Shown in pieces: positions 53,473-55,748 of a stretch of DNA of 55,748 nucleotides. This DNA is from a virus (Duplodnaviria > Caudoviricetes). The position numbers and the translations under genes are program-made. Each line of letters begins with the position of its first letter. The stretch's first letter is position 1. Location: IMG/VR virus record IMGVR_UViG_3300044981_000063, positions 1-55,748 of that record. One strand, 5' to 3'. The notes beneath the pieces were generated by a model. It ran no database searches and had not been told where the DNA came from. It saw nothing but the letters and a program-made list of their open reading frames with translations.

Positions 53473-53837
53473 GGCGCTGTGCCCTTGAACACCAGTGCCC
53501 GCATGTCTTCCAGATGGGCCTTAGTAGCGCCAAGTTCGCCGCGGTGGTCCTTCATGGCCTCGGGCTTGATCCCGTGCTCCCAGGCAGCATTGACGATGGC
53601 TTGGAGGTAATTGGTGACATCGCCGAGGTTATCGGCGCGCTCCTCGTGGGTCTCCGACAACACTGGCTCCGACACCGCGCCGAAATCGACGGTCTTGAAC
53701 TGCAGCGGCAAGACTGAAACCCGCACGCCATCTGGGCGCCGGGCTGAAACCAGAAGGTGAGTTGAGCCAAAGCTGTCCTGGAAAACCGCTGCGTTCCATT
53801 TCTGGCGGGCGTCATCCGGCCATACTTTCTGGGTCAC
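53469..53837 (-). CDS. Conserved hypothetical protein
   Basis: LQ....AAW..GIKP......GEL.ATK.HLEDMR.LVFK. Confidence 0.7.
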   Translation of the reverse strand: MTQKVWPDDARQKWNAAVFQDSFGSTHLLVSARRPDGVRVSVLPLQFKTVDFGAVSEPVLSETHEERADNLGDVTNYLQAIVNAAWEHGIKPEAMKDHRGELGATKAHLEDMRALVFKGTAP

Positions 53838-54313
53838 TTCTCATCCCCCTTCGCCGGCCGGTTGTTCATGATGAACTGGATTGGCTCGCCATCTGGGCCA
53901 GAATGTTCAACCCGATCACGCCAAACGCCAGGCTTGCGGTTCTTGAGCCAAAAGATCGCAGCGGTCGTGTCGGGGGGGATGTGCTCAGTGTATGGAACTA
54001 TCACCGGCTTCGTCTTGCCCTGGAATATCTTGACTGCAGGATGGCTGTAACCGGTGGCCTTTTTGAACAGCCTGCCTTCTACCATTTCATCACAAAGCTC
54101 TTTGCCGCGCTTTAGGGCTTCCGAAAAAGCCGGGTGGGCATGCTTCCAGCGATAGAGGGTGATGATACCAACCTCAAGGAAATCAGCGATTTCCGCGTCG
54201 GTCGCGCCGAGCGCTGTTAAGCCTTTGGCTTGCTTTATGAAATCAGGGCGGAATTTTGTGGGGCGACCGCGCTTAGTCTCAGCGGTTGGTTTTGCCGATG
54301 CGGCGCGAGGCAT
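53834..54313 (-). CDS. terS: Terminase small subunit
   Basis: GRPTKF; LGATD.EIADF..V...T.YRWK..HP.F.EALKRGK; PPDTTAAIFWLKNR. Confidence 0.9.
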   Translation of the reverse strand: MPRAASAKPTAETKRGRPTKFRPDFIKQAKGLTALGATDAEIADFLEVGIITLYRWKHAHPAFSEALKRGKELCDEMVEGRLFKKATGYSHPAVKIFQGKTKPVIVPYTEHIPPDTTAAIFWLKNRKPGVWRDRVEHSGPDGEPIQFIMNNRPAKGDEK

Positions 54314-54393
54314 TCGATTGGCCTGTCTGTCTGATCTTCCTGATTCCTATGGATATGCGGGGCGCGGGGGAAATGCAAATGGCTGCGGGGAAT

Positions 54394-54636
54394 TCAATCA
54401 GTGCGGGGTGGGTGGTGCGCGAAATGGCTGGGATGGTGCCCAAGTTTGCGGTTCGCCTTGGCGTCAATCTTTTCCTTGGTGGATTCCGACATGCGTCCAG
54501 CCTTTACGGCTTGAGTAGCGCGGGCCTTCGCATTCGCAGCATGTGATGCATCTGGCATTGGATACTTGCGCTCGCCTGGCATCCCGAAGTCAGAAGACGG
54601 GAGGCTATTGCGCTTTGCTGCCTTGAGTTTCGCCAT
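54394..54636 (-). CDS. Small basic protein (DUF6582-like)
   Basis: L....RN.LP.SDF..PGERKYPMPD.SHA.NAKARA.Q. Confidence 0.8.
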   Translation of the reverse strand: MAKLKAAKRNSLPSSDFGMPGERKYPMPDASHAANAKARATQAVKAGRMSESTKEKIDAKANRKLGHHPSHFAHHPPRTD

Positions 54637-54828
54637 AAATCACCTGTCAGGGCTGTTTGTGCGGGGCCCGGGTGCCGACAGCCGGTGTTACGTCCTTCTC
54701 GACGTAGTCGGGGAACTGGCGCTGTGCGGCCCCCTGTGAGGCTGTGGCGGGAAATCCCAACCCCATGCGGTTAGCCCGTTCGGCTTCCTTGGGATCATAG
54801 CCGGAAAGCACCAGGAGCCCAAACACGG

Positions 54829-55176
54829 CTAGACCTCGTCTTTGTAGCCTTCATGCATGCCATGACCGCCGGGATGGGTCGGACCATGATCAGGACTGGC
54901 CTGAGCCGGGAAATGGTTTTTGGCGTGGTGGATGCTGTCCCCGATCCCGCGCTCATGGTCTTCCAGCGCGGGTTTGGCACCCGTCATAGCCTTGGCATCC
55001 GGGTGAGTTTCGGGAGATCCATGCTCGCTGGCGTAATTTTTTACCCCAAAGCTGCCGCCATCCGAAGTCATGCCGGAAGCCATTGCCTTGCGGGGGCTCA
55101 TGCCTTTGCCACCAGCCATTACGCCGCCTTCGTTGGAGATATGGCCGTGGCTGGAGAGATTATGATGCTTTGCCAT
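54829..55176 (-). CDS. His/Gly-rich small protein at start of late operon
   Basis: AGAGGA RBS; MAKHHNLSSHGH...SPRKAMASG. Confidence 0.7.
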   Translation of the reverse strand: MAKHHNLSSHGHISNEGGVMAGGKGMSPRKAMASGMTSDGGSFGVKNYASEHGSPETHPDAKAMTGAKPALEDHERGIGDSIHHAKNHFPAQASPDHGPTHPGGHGMHEGYKDEV

Positions 55177-55380
55177 TTCGCTTTTTCCTCTTGAAATACT
55201 TGCCCTTAGCCATATCGGCTGAATGAAAATCCCGGCCCACAGACTGCGGAACCCCAACCTTGGCTGCGAAGGCCTGAGAGTGACTTATGGCCGACATAAA
55301 TGCCGCTTGGCGTTTCGAGGTCGATGGCATTGCCAATCCCGTTTACCACTAGCCAATGGTTTTTGCCATAGGCAGACCAA

Positions 55381-55617
55381 TTATGGATTTGGCCCGAAAT
55401 GCAGCGCGCCCACGGCGAATAGCTCGGTTAGTTCGCGGCCGGCGAGAAGATCGTCAAACTTGAGCGGATCGGATTGCGCGGTCGCAAGCGCCTGGTGCGC
55501 CGCCTCTTCCTGCCGGCGGGTGAGATTTACGGCGGGATTATGCTTGAGTAGGGGAAATAGCGAAATCCGCTGTTCCCGCGCAAAGGATTCAGCCTCGGGA
55601 ACGGAGGTGGCGAGCAA
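55381..55617 (-). CDS. Hypothetical protein
   Basis: TTG start after AAGGAG. Confidence 0.5.
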   Translation of the reverse strand: MLATSVPEAESFAREQRISLFPLLKHNPAVNLTRRQEEAAHQALATAQSDPLKFDDLLAGRELTELFAVGALHFGPNP

Positions 55618-55627
55618 GTATGCTCCT

Positions 55628-55747
55628 TTATTCCAAAACTGTATCCAGTGCGGCGAACAATTTGTTCGCGCATATTTGGCATAGGTCTTTGTCAAACTTC
55701 GTTTTTGTTCCGCTTGGGATAGTGATGGGAGTAGAGCGAGCGACATC
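55628..55747 (-). CDS. C-terminus of a gene entering from the right edge (...DLCQICANKLFAALDTVLE)
   Basis: Open frame with DLCxxC motif, stop directly before the next RBS. Confidence 0.5.
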   Translation of the reverse strand, partial: DVARSTPITIPSGTKTKFDKDLCQICANKLFAALDTVLE

Positions 55748-55748
55748 T

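Larger units (their letters stand above)
1..55748. mobile_element. Tailed bacteriophage (podovirus-like) genome, near complete, probable alphaproteobacterial host
   Basis: Terminase, portal, capsid, P22 gp10-like tail protein, ejection proteins, lysis and RecET modules; no host housekeeping genes. Confidence 0.95.

Noticed and set aside
16400-55200. Alternative genetic code or stop-codon reassignment
   Set aside because: Core genes are full length and tightly packed in the standard code, using TAA, TGA and TAG stops
1-55748. Window as an exactly circular complete genome
   Set aside because: Joining the ends continues the 117-to-1 ORF for only 18 codons in a frame different from the more protein-like DLCQIC frame at the right edge, and no terminal repeat is seen; some sequence is probably missing

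Overview
The window is most or nearly all of a tailed-phage genome with podovirus-type morphogenesis genes (P22 gp4/gp10-like tail proteins, DNA-ejection proteins, no tape measure). The host is probably an alphaproteobacterium, inferred from GcrA-type HTH, GapR-like and stand-alone TSCPD genes. ORFs run off both edges, so it is not a seamless circle. Almost everything is on the minus strand: a late arm (about 55180 to 16400: TerS, TerL, portal, GroES, scaffold, capsid, appendage, tail and ejection proteins, lysis) and a replication/modification arm (11132 to 1). Two blocks are on the plus strand: a recombination/repair arm (11280-16353: Lar, RecE, RecT, HNH, J-domain, HAD phosphatase, RlaP-like nucleotidyltransferase) and a small island at about 1866-2850. 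No integrase, CI opposite Cro, or DNA polymerase is visible. The most notable observations are (1) four consecutive appendage/tail-fibre-like genes that all carry Sec-type signal peptides and even cysteine counts, suggesting virion parts folded in the periplasm; (2) a tRNA-like ncRNA with no anticodon arm, transcribed divergently from a catalytically dead serine resolvase across a TTGACA-N6-TGTCAA palindrome; (3) an antisense sRNA over a long non-coding stretch in the replication arm; (4) a ParB-like domain inserted in an ejection protein; and (5) a shared structured leader upstream of late genes. All assignments are from motif recognition by eye; no searches were run.
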